A stretch of DNA of 64,000 nucleotides from Candidatus Zymogenaceae bacterium (GCA_016933535.1 JAFGAS010000025.1:105145-169144); one strand, 5' to 3'. Shown: positions 1 to 10,882, numbered from the stretch's first letter. Notes: generated from the letters alone by a model not told the origin. Numbers and translations are program-made.

Positions 1-1566
1 CGCGTTACCCCGGCCGTCCCAACCCGCGAAGACAATACGAACGATCTGACCAGGCTCGTCGCCGGGATAAAGAGGGCGACAGGGGGCGAAGACGTATCCG
101 TATCCCTGCCGCTCCTCCAACAAATCCCCGGCATTCTCCGTAAGCACAACTGGGACGTGGAGGCCTGTCTGGCCCACCGCGGCCACGATATGAGACGGCG
201 GCGGCTCGTAGGTATCTGTCCCGGCGGCCGGCGCAACCCCCGTTTTGCAGTCGCTTGCGATATCGGCACGACCAGCCTCTGGGCGAGCCTCTTGGATATC
301 GAAACGGGGCGGGAAGTCGGCAGATCCTCGGCGATGAACCCTCAGACCCCATACGGGAGCGATGTCATTTCCCGGATCGTCTATGCCGGCAAAAAGGACG
401 GCGGCCGGACCCTCCAGCGAATCGTGATAGAGGCCGTCGACGGGCTCATCGATGAACTCGTTGCCGCGGCGGGGGGCGATCGATCTGCCGTCGGCCATGT
501 TGTTATCGCCGGCAATACCGTCATGAGTCATCTGTTACTCGGCCTGGAGACGAAATACCTCCAGCGGGCGCCCTACGTCCCGGCGGCAGGTGTCTACCCC
601 GACGTTGGGGCACGCGACCTCGGGCTTGACCTGGACCCGGAAGCGCCCCTTTTCGTCTTTCCGTCCGTGGCAAGCTACGTGGGCGGCGATATCGTGGCGG
701 GCGTGTTGGCATCCGGCCTTTGCCGGGAGGAAACGGTCACCCTTTTTATCGACATCGGCACCAACGGTGAAATCGTCCTGGGCAATGGCCACTGGATGCT
801 CACCGCATCGGCATCGGCGGGTCCGGCCTTTGAGGGGGGAGGGGTGCGCTTCGGCATGGGTGCGTCGGTGGGGGCCATCGAGGGGTTTTTCATCGACGGC
901 GGCTACGAGCCGATGATCACCACCATAGGAAGACGTCCCCCCGTCGGCATCTGCGGTTCGGGGATCATCAATGTGACGGCCGGGCTCTTCTACGGGGGGG
1001 TGCTTTTGCCCAACGGCAAGATCAGGGAGGGGCTCCCGACCTGCCGGGTACGCCAGGGAGACAGCGGGATGGAGTACGTACTGGTATGGGCGGCCGATGC
1101 GGCAATAGACGAAGATATCGTCATTACGGATGTGGATATCGAAAACGTTATGCGAGCCAAGGCCGCGCTGTTTGCCGGATATCGATCCCTCATGGATGCC
1201 GCGGGGACCGGCATGAATGAGATCGGGCGGGTTATCATCTCCGGGGCCTTCGGGAATTTCCTGGATATCGAGAACGCCGTCGGCATCGGGCTTTTGCCCG
1301 ATATCGAGAGGGACCGATTTGTCTTCATCGGCAACGGATCGCTGGCCGGCGCTACGCTTGCCGCTCTGTCCCGGTCGCGTTTCAGGGAGGGACTTGAGAT
1401 AGCCCGGGGCATGACCAATGTGGAGCTGTCGGTCGATCCCGGTTATATGGATCGCTATATGGCCGCTGTTTTTCTGCCTCACACGGACATCGACCTCTTC
1501 CCGACGGTCAAAAAAACGCTGGCCGCATATCTCCACGCATCGAAGGAGGGGACGTTGGCGCCATGA
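1..1566 (+). CDS. ASKHA-fold ATPase domain protein resembling the reductive activator of the corrinoid protein (RACo/AcsV-like); 5' end cut by the window edge (open frame continues to position 1)
   Basis: Frame 1 is open from position 1; DIGTTS-type ASKHA motif and a long Gly-rich sugar-kinase-like fold; sits immediately upstream of cooC and the acs genes. Confidence 0.55.
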   Translation, partial: RVTPAVPTREDNTNDLTRLVAGIKRATGGEDVSVSLPLLQQIPGILRKHNWDVEACLAHRGHDMRRRRLVGICPGGRRNPRFAVACDIGTTSLWASLLDIETGREVGRSSAMNPQTPYGSDVISRIVYAGKKDGGRTLQRIVIEAVDGLIDELVAAAGGDRSAVGHVVIAGNTVMSHLLLGLETKYLQRAPYVPAAGVYPDVGARDLGLDLDPEAPLFVFPSVASYVGGDIVAGVLASGLCREETVTLFIDIGTNGEIVLGNGHWMLTASASAGPAFEGGGVRFGMGASVGAIEGFFIDGGYEPMITTIGRRPPVGICGSGIINVTAGLFYGGVLLPNGKIREGLPTCRVRQGDSGMEYVLVWAADAAIDEDIVITDVDIENVMRAKAALFAGYRSLMDAAGTGMNEIGRVIISGAFGNFLDIENAVGIGLLPDIERDRFVFIGNGSLAGATLAALSRSRFREGLEIARGMTNVELSVDPGYMDRYMAAVFLPHTDIDLFPTVKKTLAAYLHASKEGTLAP

Positions 1567-2318
1567 GGATCGCAGTCGCAGGAAAGGGCGGAACCGGAAA
1601 GACAACATTGTCGGCCCTGGTGATCGGCGCGCTCAAACAACGGGGGATCCTCCCGATCCTTGCGGTTGACGCCGATCCCAACGACAACCTGGGGCCCGCC
1701 CTCGGGATGGAGGTCATGCGGACCCTCGGCGAGATCCGCGAAGATTTTATCGACAGGCGTCCCGATATCCCGGCCGGGATGACCAAGGGGGCCCTCCTGG
1801 AGATGCGGATGCACCAGTCGGTGATCGAGGGACAGGGTGTAGACCTGCTGGTCATGGGCAGGCCGGAGGGGCCGGGCTGCTACTGTTTTGTGAATAACCT
1901 CCTGCGTAAATCGATCGAAGAGCTTTCGCGCAACTACCGAGCCGTCGTTATCGATAACGAGGCGGGGATGGAGCACCTCTCCCGAAAGACCGTGGGGGCC
2001 GTCGACCGGCTCTTGCTGGTCTCCGACCATACCGTCAAGGGAATCAGGACGGCGCTGCGCCTCAGGAAGCTGGCCGATAACATGGACGTCACGGTCAAAG
2101 AGACGCGGCTTGTCGTCAACCGCGTGGGCGCCGACGGGTTGTCGGACGCGGTGAGGTGGGAGATAGAGGAAGGCGGCCTTGGACCGTGCTTTATCCTGCC
2201 GGAAGACGAAGGCATCGCCCGGGCCTGCCGGGAGGACACGCCGCTCATCGGCCTTTTAGAGACCCCGTACGGACGGGCGGTACGAAAACTCGTGGATACT
2301 ATGGTTACACAGGATTGA
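1563..2318 (+). CDS. cooC: CODH nickel-insertion accessory ATPase CooC/AcsF (MinD/ParA-type P-loop)
   Basis: N-terminal Walker A AVAGKGGTGKTT and a CxC motif (GCYCF); about 250 aa; embedded in the acs cluster; 4-bp ATGA-type overlap with the upstream gene. Confidence 0.85.
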   Translation: MRIAVAGKGGTGKTTLSALVIGALKQRGILPILAVDADPNDNLGPALGMEVMRTLGEIREDFIDRRPDIPAGMTKGALLEMRMHQSVIEGQGVDLLVMGRPEGPGCYCFVNNLLRKSIEELSRNYRAVVIDNEAGMEHLSRKTVGAVDRLLLVSDHTVKGIRTALRLRKLADNMDVTVKETRLVVNRVGADGLSDAVRWEIEEGGLGPCFILPEDEGIARACREDTPLIGLLETPYGRAVRKLVDTMVTQD

Positions 2319-2320
2319 AC

Positions 2321-2524
2321 ATGAACGACGAGAAAAGGGACGTCGGACAAGGAGGTTCGGATGTGCTCGGGCCGACGTATGAGGCCGGCAAGCCGGATGC
2401 CCCCGATGACTGGAGGAAGAAACTCCGCAGCCGGGAAGAGATGTTGGGCTACCTGAAGACGGCCTGCCGCTACTGGTATTCGGACGACTGGTACGGCAGC
2501 GAGCGGCGAAAGACAAGGGCGTAG
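2321..2524 (+). CDS. Small hypothetical protein (67 aa) between cooC and acsD
   Basis: High GC3 codon bias consistent with coding; no recognisable Shine-Dalgarno; no domain recognised. Confidence 0.25.
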   Translation: MNDEKRDVGQGGSDVLGPTYEAGKPDAPDDWRKKLRSREEMLGYLKTACRYWYSDDWYGSERRKTRA

Positions 2525-2717
2525 GGACATCCCATAGAACCTTTGATTTCATAGGGAACCCTTCGATTCCGACGAAAAACGTTGTTTTACATCGGCATCG
2601 TCGGCGGGGGACAAGTCTGGAAAGCCGGTATTCATAAGGAGAAAAATTTATTTTATTCTCACTCAAATAGGTTAGAACAGAGTACTTTTTTCGTCAAAAA
2701 ATAGTCAGGGAATTCTT

Positions 2718-3665
2718 ATGGCACAGTTGGACGCACAAATAACCTATACCGGGGCCGTGACGGCGGTAACACTCGGCCCCCCGGGCCGGGAGGTAACGGT
2801 CGGGGGGGAGACCTCCTACCCCTTCCATCTGTTTGAGGGCTCGATGCCCCACCGCCCGAAGATCGCATTGGAGGTGATCGATACGGGTCCCGGCGAGGGT
2901 TTTGCGGCGATCGATTCCGTCTTTGGGGATGCCCTGAACGATCCCGCCTCCTGGGCGAAAAAGGCGGTCGGTGAACACAAACCCGACCTCATCTGCCTGA
3001 CGCTTTTCGGCACCGATCCCAACGGGAGGGACGACCCGCCCGCCAAGGCCGTCCAGACGGTGCAGTCGGTCCTTGCGGAAATAGACGTGCCGCTGGTGGT
3101 CTGGGGATCGGGAAACGAGACGAAGGACGCCGCCGTCCTCAAGGCGGTGGCAGAATCGTGCCAGGAAACGCCCCTAGTCCTCGGGCCGGTGACAGACGGC
3201 AACTACAAGCAGATCGGGGCCTCTGCGCTGGCCTACGGGCACGTGGTGATCGCGTCTTCTCCCATCGATATCAACCTGGCAAAACAGCTCAACATCCTGC
3301 TGGAAAACCTCGGGATTCCCGCCAACCGCATTCTCATCGATCCAACGGTGGGGGGGCTGGGGTACGGCTTCGAGTATACCTATTCGGTCATGGAGCGCAT
3401 CAGGATCGCGGCCCTGACGGCGGGCGACGAAAAGCTCCGGTCGCCGCTGTTCTGCCACGTGGCCGGGGAGGTGTGGAAGACCAAGGAGGCCCGCCTCACG
3501 GCGAAAGATGCCCCGCTGTTGGGCGATCCCGCGGTGCGGGGGGTGTTGATGGAGTCGATGACGGCCCAGGGGATGCTGCTTGCCGGGGCCGACGTCCTGG
3601 TGCTGCGTCATCCGGAAACGGCGCGCCTGATGAAGTGGTTCATAGACGAGATGAACGCACAATGA
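2718..3665 (+). CDS. acsD: Corrinoid iron-sulfur protein small subunit AcsD (CdhD-type delta subunit)
   Basis: About 315 aa TIM-barrel-like CFeSP small-subunit sequence; followed by cooS, acsB, acsC, acsE. Confidence 0.85.
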   Translation: MAQLDAQITYTGAVTAVTLGPPGREVTVGGETSYPFHLFEGSMPHRPKIALEVIDTGPGEGFAAIDSVFGDALNDPASWAKKAVGEHKPDLICLTLFGTDPNGRDDPPAKAVQTVQSVLAEIDVPLVVWGSGNETKDAAVLKAVAESCQETPLVLGPVTDGNYKQIGASALAYGHVVIASSPIDINLAKQLNILLENLGIPANRILIDPTVGGLGYGFEYTYSVMERIRIAALTAGDEKLRSPLFCHVAGEVWKTKEARLTAKDAPLLGDPAVRGVLMESMTAQGMLLAGADVLVLRHPETARLMKWFIDEMNAQ

Positions 3666-4198
3666 ATGGGATACTCTCGATAGACGCGGCGCGCTGTGTG
3701 GCCTGCGGCCGATGCATCCTTGCCTGCATCACCGCACACTCACGGGCCCACGACCTTGCCGGGGCCGTTGCCGACCCCCCTTATCCCACTTCGCGGATTG
3801 CGATACTGGATACGGGGGGGACCCCGGCGGTAATATTGTGCCGTCACTGCAAGAAACCGCGCTGTGCCCAGGCGTGCCCGGCCTCGGCCATTGAAAAGCT
3901 TTCAGGCGGTGAGGTGATCCTCGACGCGGATCGCTGTACCGGGTGCGGGGCCTGTGCCGATGCCTGCCCCTTCGGCGTCCCCATTACCGCGCGCGACGGC
4001 CAAACATATGTCACCTGCGACCTCTGCGCGGATCTGAGGGCACAGGGGGGTACCCCCGCCTGCGCCGGGGCCTGCCATTCGGGGGCAATTGTCTATCAAC
4101 CGAACCAATCCTCTGGAAGAGCTGTGGTGGTCTACGAGCGCTCGGCCGAGGGCAACGGGATATACCTGCGGATGACCGGCACAAGGCGCGAAAGATGA
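3662..4198 (+). CDS. Poly-ferredoxin-like 4Fe-4S protein (CooF/HycB-like electron transfer subunit)
   Basis: Four Cys clusters of CxxCxxCxxxCP type; ATGA start/stop overlap with acsD; lies directly upstream of cooS. Confidence 0.75.
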   Translation: MNGILSIDAARCVACGRCILACITAHSRAHDLAGAVADPPYPTSRIAILDTGGTPAVILCRHCKKPRCAQACPASAIEKLSGGEVILDADRCTGCGACADACPFGVPITARDGQTYVTCDLCADLRAQGGTPACAGACHSGAIVYQPNQSSGRAVVVYERSAEGNGIYLRMTGTRRER

Positions 4199-4245
4199 GC
4201 GTAGGTTCCCGTCGGTAACATAACAGGAAATCCATCGGAGATCCA

Positions 4246-6192
4246 ATGGCAGACGAAAAGAGAAAGAGCATCGATCCGGCGGTCCTTACTCTCGTCGAAA
4301 AGGCCGCGGCCGACGAGGTTATGCTCTGCTGGGATCGGCTCGACGAGCAGTCGCCCCAGTGCGGTTACGGTATTGCGGGGGTCTGCTGCCGCAACTGCGC
4401 CATGGGGCCCTGCCAGATCAATCCCTTCGGTGACGCGCCGCAAAAGGGCGTCTGCGGGGTGGACGCCGAGACGATCGCCGCCCGTAATTTCCTGAGATCG
4501 ATTGCCGCCGGGGCCGCGGCCCACTCCGACCACGCCCGGGCGGTGGTGGAGGCCTTCATCAGGACGGCCGACGGCGAAATTCCCGGATTTGAGATCAAGG
4601 ACGAGCAAAAGTTGCTGTCTCTGGCGATGGACCTGGGTGTTTCGATCGAGGGAAAGGACACCGCCGCGGTCGCCAAAGAGGTGGGGAAGACCCTCCGGGA
4701 ACAGTTCGGCCGACAGGACGGGGAGCTTGCCTTTATCGCTAAGGCCCCGATAAAGAGGCAGGAACTCTGGAGAGCGCAGGGGATTGTCCCCCGGGGGATA
4801 GACAGGGAGATCGTGGAGTGCATGCACCGCACCCATATCGGCGTCGACCAGGACTATAAAAACCTGATGAAACAGGCCTCGCGCACGGCCCTGGCCGACG
4901 GCTGGGGGGGCTCGATGATCGCCACGGAGCTCCAGGACGTGCTGTTCGGAAACCCCGTGCCGATCGTCGGCTCCGTGAACCTGGGAATCCTCGAACCGGA
5001 CCAGGTCAACATAATCGTCCACGGCCACGAGCCGCTCCTCTCGGAGATGGTGGTGGCCGCCTCCCGGGACAAGGAACTCCTGGCGCTGGCAAAAGAGAAG
5101 GGGGCCGCCGGCATCAACATCGGGGGCATCTGCTGCACGGCCAATGAGATCCTCATGCGCCACGGCATACCCGTGGCGGGAAATTTCCTCCAGCAGGAGG
5201 TGGCCGTCGTCTCGGGCGCGGTGGACGCGATGATCGTGGACGTCCAGTGCACCTTGCAGTCGCTGACCGACGTGGCCGGCTGCTACCATACGGCGCTCAT
5301 CACAACCAACCCCAAGGCCCGGTTCTTCGGGGCGCGCCACCTCGAATTTGACGAGGCCAATCCGCTCGTGGCCGCACGCGAGATCGTAACAATCGCCGTG
5401 GAAAACTTCCCCAATCGAAAACGTAAGGTCGTTATTCCCACCGATAATAAGACGGACATGGTGGCCGGGTTTTCCCACGAGACGATCAACTATATCCTCG
5501 GCGGCCTCTTCCGGGGGTCGTACCGGCCGCTTAATGACAACATCATCAACGGGAGGATCCGGGGAATCGCCGGGGTTGTCGGATGCAACAACGCTAAGGT
5601 GACCCACGACGAGCACCACGTGACGCTCGTCAAGGAGCTTATCGCAAACGACGTGCTGGTGCTGCAGACCGGGTGTTCGGCCGTGGCCTGCGCCAAGGAG
5701 GGGCTGCTGGTCCCGGAGGCGGCCACCCGATACGCCGGGCCGGGGCTTGCCGAGGTCTGCGAGGCGGTGGGGATGCCGCCGGTGCTGCATATGGGTTCAT
5801 GCGTGGACAACTCCCGCATCCTGATGGCGGCCACCGCCGTCGTAAAGGAGGGGGGGCTGGGCGACGACATCAGTGACCTTCCCTGTGCCGGAGCGGCCCC
5901 CGAATGGATGAGCGAAAAGGCGCTTTCCATCGGCCATTATTTTGTTGCCTCCGGGATCTTTACGGTCTTCGGAGTAACCTGGCCGACGCTCGGGGCAAAG
6001 CACCTAACCGAATATCTCTTTTCGGGCATCGAGGAGGAACTCGGGGGCAAATGGGCCTTCGAAACGGATCCTGTCAAAACGGCCCGGCTCATGATCGATC
6101 ATATTGACCAAAAGCGGCACAAGCTCGGCATCGATAAGGCACGTGAGCGTGTCCTCTACGACATGGAAAAACGCCGGGAGTTGGAGACTTAG
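4246..6192 (+). CDS. cooS: Anaerobic Ni-CO dehydrogenase catalytic subunit (CooS/AcsA)
   Basis: 648 aa; N-terminal Cys-rich B/D-cluster motifs (CGYGIAGVCCRNCAMGPC) and overall HCP/CODH-family pattern. Confidence 0.9.
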   Translation: MADEKRKSIDPAVLTLVEKAAADEVMLCWDRLDEQSPQCGYGIAGVCCRNCAMGPCQINPFGDAPQKGVCGVDAETIAARNFLRSIAAGAAAHSDHARAVVEAFIRTADGEIPGFEIKDEQKLLSLAMDLGVSIEGKDTAAVAKEVGKTLREQFGRQDGELAFIAKAPIKRQELWRAQGIVPRGIDREIVECMHRTHIGVDQDYKNLMKQASRTALADGWGGSMIATELQDVLFGNPVPIVGSVNLGILEPDQVNIIVHGHEPLLSEMVVAASRDKELLALAKEKGAAGINIGGICCTANEILMRHGIPVAGNFLQQEVAVVSGAVDAMIVDVQCTLQSLTDVAGCYHTALITTNPKARFFGARHLEFDEANPLVAAREIVTIAVENFPNRKRKVVIPTDNKTDMVAGFSHETINYILGGLFRGSYRPLNDNIINGRIRGIAGVVGCNNAKVTHDEHHVTLVKELIANDVLVLQTGCSAVACAKEGLLVPEAATRYAGPGLAEVCEAVGMPPVLHMGSCVDNSRILMAATAVVKEGGLGDDISDLPCAGAAPEWMSEKALSIGHYFVASGIFTVFGVTWPTLGAKHLTEYLFSGIEEELGGKWAFETDPVKTARLMIDHIDQKRHKLGIDKARERVLYDMEKRRELET

Positions 6193-6207
6193 AATCAGGA
6201 GTAGCCG

Positions 6208-8442
6208 ATGTCAAAGATCATTGCCGCTGCGGGAATCAACGGGGCATACACCATAGTCGGCCGGGCCAGGAAGAAGTACGAGGAGGCCCTCGAAAAGTAC
6301 GGGCCCGACCGGGAGGTGGCGTTTCCCAACACGGGATATTTCCTGCCGATTATCTACGGAATACTCGGCGTGCCCGTCAAGAAGCTTTCCGACATGGGCC
6401 CGGTGCTGGATCGGGCGGAGTCGTTGCTGCCGCCCCGCGTGAGGCAGACCCACAACCTCCCGTACCTCGGCCCGGCGCTGGACGCGGGAATGGCGACCTT
6501 TTTCGCCGAGGAGTGCCAAGAGGCCGTCCGCTACCTCGATGACCCGGATTATTATCTGGCCGGCCGGGAAGAAGTGAGCGGTGGTGCGATATGGCTGGGG
6601 GCCGCCGACGATGTGATTATGAGAAAACGCGGCGTGGAGTTTGTGGACGGAACGGCACCGGGGTTTGCCGCCGTGCTGGGCCGCGCCCCGAACGGCGAGA
6701 TCGCCGCTAAAATCGCCCAGGAGCTTCAGGAAAAAAATCTCTACGTCTTCATGTCCTCGGGACTGGGCGGCAAACCAGGGTTTGCCGAACAGCTCGTCGA
6801 GTCCGGCGTACAGATCGGCTGGAACACGCGCCTGGTTCCCTTTGGGCCGGATACGTCATCGGTCGTCTTTTCCATTGGATTTGCGACCCGGGCGGCGATG
6901 TCGTTCGGAAACATCAAACCCGGCGATTTCAGAAAGATCCTGATATACAACAAGGACCGGATATTCGCCTTCGTGCTCCCGTTCGGGTACGTGGACGAAG
7001 AGTGGTACGCCAACGCCCTAGGGGCCGTCAACTTCGGGTTTCCCGTCATCGCCGATACGGCCATACCCCAGATCCTGCCGACGGGGGTCTGCACCTACGA
7101 GCACGTGGTCTCGGGGGTGGGCTACGACCAGTTGGTGGCCAAGGCCGTGGAGGTGCGCGGCCTCAAGGTCAAGGTAGCCAATGTCCCCATCCCGGTCTCC
7201 TACAGCCCGGCCTACGAGGGGGAGCGGGTAAGGAAGGACGACCTGGTGGCCGAGTGCGGCGGCGGCAGGACACAGGCCGTGGAGCTCACCACCACCCGTG
7301 AGATGGATGAGGTCACCGACGGGGCCGTCGAGGTCATCGGCCCCGACCTGGATCTCTACGCGGGGGCGAAGGCCACCCCCGTGGGCGAGAGCCCGGCGCT
7401 GCCGCTGGCCATCGTGGTGGAGGTGGCGGGACGGCAGATGCAGAAGGACTTCGAGCCGATACTCGAGCGTCAGCTCCACCACCTCATCAACTACGCCCAG
7501 GGCGTCATGCACATCGGGCAGCGCAACATCGTCTGGCTCAGGTTCTCAAAACAGGCCGTGGACAAGGGCTTTCGGCTCGGTCACCTGGGCTCGATCATAC
7601 ACGCCAAGTACCACGAGGACTTCGGCAACATCTTCGACAAGGTCCAGGTCAAGATATATACGGATGAAGCCAGGGTAAAGGAAGTATACGATCGGGCGGT
7701 GGGTATCTTCCGCGAGCGGGACGAGCGGATCGAGGGTATGACCGATGAGACCACCGACCCCTTCTACTCCTGCACGCTCTGCCAATCGTTTGCCCCCAAC
7801 CATGTCTGCATCGTCACGCCGGAGCGGCCGGGGTTGTGCGGCGCCTATTCGTGGCTCGACTGCCGGGCATCATTCGAGATCAACCCCACCGGCCCCAACC
7901 AGCCGGTGCCCAAGGGCAGGACCATCGACGAGCTCTACGGCCAGTGGGAAGGGATCAACGAGTTCGTGGCCAAGGCCTCCCGGGGCAACGTCACCGAGTA
8001 CGACGCCTACAGCCTCATGCGCACCCCGATGACCTCCTGCGGATGCTTTGAGTGCATCGCCTGCATCATGCCGCTCTCAAACGGGGTGATGACGGTGGAC
8101 CGGGATTTTCCCGAAATGACGCCGGCCGGCATGAAGTTCACCACGATGGCCGGGATGGTCGGGGGAGGAAACGTGACGCCGGGATTCGTGGGGCACAGCA
8201 AATACTACGTCACGAGCCGAAAATTCCTGAGGGCCGACGGGGGCATCAAGCGGCTGGTCTGGATGCCGTCGCGCCTCAAGGAAGAGATCATGGAACGACT
8301 TATCGTCCGGGCGAAAGAGGAAGGGGTGCCGGAGCTGCCCGACCAGATTGCAGACGAGCGGATCGGGACGACGGAAGAGGAGATCCTCCCGTTCCTGGAA
8401 GAGGTGGAACATCCGGCGCTGAGCCTGCCGCCGTTGTTCTAA
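6208..8442 (+). CDS. acsB: Acetyl-CoA synthase catalytic subunit AcsB (A-cluster)
   Basis: 744 aa; conserved C-terminal Cys motifs (CGCFECIAC) typical of the ACS A-cluster; position between cooS and acsC. Confidence 0.9.
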   Translation: MSKIIAAAGINGAYTIVGRARKKYEEALEKYGPDREVAFPNTGYFLPIIYGILGVPVKKLSDMGPVLDRAESLLPPRVRQTHNLPYLGPALDAGMATFFAEECQEAVRYLDDPDYYLAGREEVSGGAIWLGAADDVIMRKRGVEFVDGTAPGFAAVLGRAPNGEIAAKIAQELQEKNLYVFMSSGLGGKPGFAEQLVESGVQIGWNTRLVPFGPDTSSVVFSIGFATRAAMSFGNIKPGDFRKILIYNKDRIFAFVLPFGYVDEEWYANALGAVNFGFPVIADTAIPQILPTGVCTYEHVVSGVGYDQLVAKAVEVRGLKVKVANVPIPVSYSPAYEGERVRKDDLVAECGGGRTQAVELTTTREMDEVTDGAVEVIGPDLDLYAGAKATPVGESPALPLAIVVEVAGRQMQKDFEPILERQLHHLINYAQGVMHIGQRNIVWLRFSKQAVDKGFRLGHLGSIIHAKYHEDFGNIFDKVQVKIYTDEARVKEVYDRAVGIFRERDERIEGMTDETTDPFYSCTLCQSFAPNHVCIVTPERPGLCGAYSWLDCRASFEINPTGPNQPVPKGRTIDELYGQWEGINEFVAKASRGNVTEYDAYSLMRTPMTSCGCFECIACIMPLSNGVMTVDRDFPEMTPAGMKFTTMAGMVGGGNVTPGFVGHSKYYVTSRKFLRADGGIKRLVWMPSRLKEEIMERLIVRAKEEGVPELPDQIADERIGTTEEEILPFLEEVEHPALSLPPLF

Positions 8443-8542
8443 TGGTGAGGATAGTGGTGAATCAATACGGTAATACGACAATCGCGCGTTCGTTATCTTA
8501 ATTCGCGGCGAATATACGAATATACATATATAAGGAGCCATC

Positions 8543-9889
8543 ATGCCTTCCGGGATCGAAATACTCAAACTTCTGCCCAAGACCAACTGCGGCGACTGCG
8601 GCCAGCCCACCTGCCTGGCGTTTGCCATGAACATAGCCGCGGGCAAGATGGAGCTTGCCGCGTGTCCCCACGTTTCCGAAGAGGCCCGGGCGGCCCTGGC
8701 CGAGTCGTCGGCTCCCCCCATCCGGGAGGTCACCATCGGGACCGGGCCCGATAAGGTTACCGTCGGCGGGGAAACGGTCCTCTTTCGCCACGAGAAGACG
8801 TTCTTCCATAAGCCGGGCCTGGCCGTCCTGATTACCGATGCCATGAACGATGCAGAGATCGATGCGCGGATCGCGGCGTTTGCCGCCCACCGCTTCGATC
8901 GGGTAGGGCTGGTGCTCTCGGCGGAGCTCGTCGCGGTCCAATCGACGACGGGAGACACGGAGCGGTTTGCGGCGACGGCCAAAAAAGCGGCGGAAAAGGC
9001 CGCGGGCGTCATCCTCATGGCCGATTCCCCCGGCGTCATGGAGGCCGGGCTTTCGGCCGTTGCCGCAAAAAGGCCCCTCATCTATGCCGCCGGCCGGAAT
9101 AACGCCGACGATATGGCCGACCTCGCCCTAAAGTACCAGTGCCCGCTGGCGGTTACAGCCGAGGATTTGGCGGCGCTTGCCGCGCTCGTACAAAGACTTA
9201 CGGCAAAGGGAGTAAAGGATATCGTGCTGGACTGCCGGTCGCCGTCGATGTCGGCCATCCTCTTGAACCAGACGGCGGTGCGGCGGCTGGCCTTGAAGCG
9301 GGAAAAATCCCTCGGATATCCAACGATCTGTTTTCCGGCGCGGACGGCCGGCGGATTTTTGGAGGAAATGCTGGCGGCAAACCTCGCCGTTGCCAAGTAC
9401 GCCGGCATCGTCGTCCTCTCCGACATCCGGGGGGAGGGGATATTCCCGCTCCTGATCTCCCGCCTGAATATCTATACCGACCCCCAGCGGCCGATGATGA
9501 CGGCCCAGGGGCTCTACCCGATCAACAACCCGAAGGAGAGCTCACCGCTGTTGGTGACCTCCAATTTCTCGCTGACCTATTTTATCGTCTCGGGCGAGAT
9601 GGAGGCCAGCCGTATCCCCTCGTGGCTGTTGGTTCTGGATACCGAGGGGCTTTCGGTGCTGACGGCCTGGGCCGCCGGTAAGTTTGCGGGGGACCTCGTG
9701 GCGGGTCTCATGAAAAAAACCGGGATCGCCGAAAAACTGGCCGAGAAAAGGGTCGTTATACCCGGATACGTGGCCGTCATCAGCGGGGAGCTCGAAGAAG
9801 AGCTGGGCGACGGCTGGGAGGTAATCGTCGGCCCCCGGGAGGCCGCCCACATCCCACGGTTCCTGCGGGATATGGCGGGCACCGCGTAG
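8543..9889 (+). CDS. acsC: Corrinoid iron-sulfur protein large subunit AcsC (CdhE-type gamma subunit)
   Basis: 448 aa; N-terminal 4Fe-4S motif CGDCGQPTC...C; TIM-barrel-like remainder; GGAG RBS upstream. Confidence 0.85.
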   Translation: MPSGIEILKLLPKTNCGDCGQPTCLAFAMNIAAGKMELAACPHVSEEARAALAESSAPPIREVTIGTGPDKVTVGGETVLFRHEKTFFHKPGLAVLITDAMNDAEIDARIAAFAAHRFDRVGLVLSAELVAVQSTTGDTERFAATAKKAAEKAAGVILMADSPGVMEAGLSAVAAKRPLIYAAGRNNADDMADLALKYQCPLAVTAEDLAALAALVQRLTAKGVKDIVLDCRSPSMSAILLNQTAVRRLALKREKSLGYPTICFPARTAGGFLEEMLAANLAVAKYAGIVVLSDIRGEGIFPLLISRLNIYTDPQRPMMTAQGLYPINNPKESSPLLVTSNFSLTYFIVSGEMEASRIPSWLLVLDTEGLSVLTAWAAGKFAGDLVAGLMKKTGIAEKLAEKRVVIPGYVAVISGELEEELGDGWEVIVGPREAAHIPRFLRDMAGTA

Positions 9890-9988
9890 GGCATGGGACA
9901 TCGCGAGTTGACAGATGGCCTGTAATCGAGACACGGGCCGGGACTGCCGCCGCCAATATTTACGCTATCAATTCACGGAGGTATTTTC

Positions 9989-10876
9989 GTGTTTATCATA
10001 GCCGAAAATATCAATATCATGTCAAAGACCATCGGCGAGGCGATCAAGAACCGGGATAAGAAACCGGTGCAGGACCTGGCCGCCCAACTGGAGGAGGCCG
10101 GGTGCGGGGCGCTTGACCTCAACGCCGGGCCGGCCCGCAAGGACGGCCCCGAGCTGATGGAGTGGCTGGTCACGACGGTGCAGGAGGTCACGAGGCTTCC
10201 GCTGTCGCTGGATACCACCAACATCGATGCCATCGAGGCGGGGCTGAAGGCCTATCGGCCCCTCGGGGGGCCGCCCATCGTCAATTCGATCTCGGTGAGG
10301 CCCGAGCGGATGGACGCCCTGCTGCCGCTGGCGGCCGATACCGGGGCCCGGGCCGTCGCGCTCATGCTCGGCGTCGAGGGGATTCCGAGGGACGCCAACG
10401 AGCGCGGGGTGCTGCTGGCCGACTTCCTCTATCGCGCTTCACAGGCGGGCCTTGCCGAAGGCGATATCTACGTCGATCCCATCGTGCTGCCCATCAGCTC
10501 CCAGCAACAGCAGTTGATCGCCTGCACCGAGTTCATGAAGATGCTGCCTGAGCTTGCCCCCGGTGTCGGGTCTACCTGCGGCGTCTCCAACGTGAGCAAT
10601 GGTGTCACCCATGAACTGCGGCCCATCCTGAATCGCACCTATACGGCCATGCTCATGAAACTCGGCCTGGGATCTGCCATCGTCAACGGGCTTGACCCGG
10701 TCACCATCGAGCTCATGGGCGGCAGGCGCCCCGATATCACCGGCATCGTCGGGCGCGTCATGGACGGCCATGCGGTTGACGACGTATCGCTCTCGGCCGA
10801 GGAGCGCGACTACGCCAAGACGACACGGGTGCTGCTGGGCAAGGCGATTTTTTCCGAATCATGGCTTACTATTTAG
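9989..10876 (+). CDS. acsE: Methyltetrahydrofolate:corrinoid/iron-sulfur protein methyltransferase AcsE (pterin-binding domain)
   Basis: GTG start preceded by GGAG; 295 aa pterin-binding (DHPS-like) fold with the ILNRTYTAML-type region. Confidence 0.85.
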   Translation: MFIIAENINIMSKTIGEAIKNRDKKPVQDLAAQLEEAGCGALDLNAGPARKDGPELMEWLVTTVQEVTRLPLSLDTTNIDAIEAGLKAYRPLGGPPIVNSISVRPERMDALLPLAADTGARAVALMLGVEGIPRDANERGVLLADFLYRASQAGLAEGDIYVDPIVLPISSQQQQLIACTEFMKMLPELAPGVGSTCGVSNVSNGVTHELRPILNRTYTAMLMKLGLGSAIVNGLDPVTIELMGGRRPDITGIVGRVMDGHAVDDVSLSAEERDYAKTTRVLLGKAIFSESWLTI

Positions 10877-10882
10877 AAGAGT

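Noticed and set aside
535-1608. Long antisense or out-of-frame ORFs overlapping strongly supported genes (for example 535-1608 minus, 4132-5790 minus, 16093-16842 minus, 16871-18076 minus, 20623-21498 minus, 42902-43657 minus, 55286-56152 minus)
   Set aside because: Typical high-GC artefacts. The opposite-strand or other-frame genes have clear family motifs; the overlapping ORFs have Arg/Pro/Gly-rich low-complexity translations and no start context.
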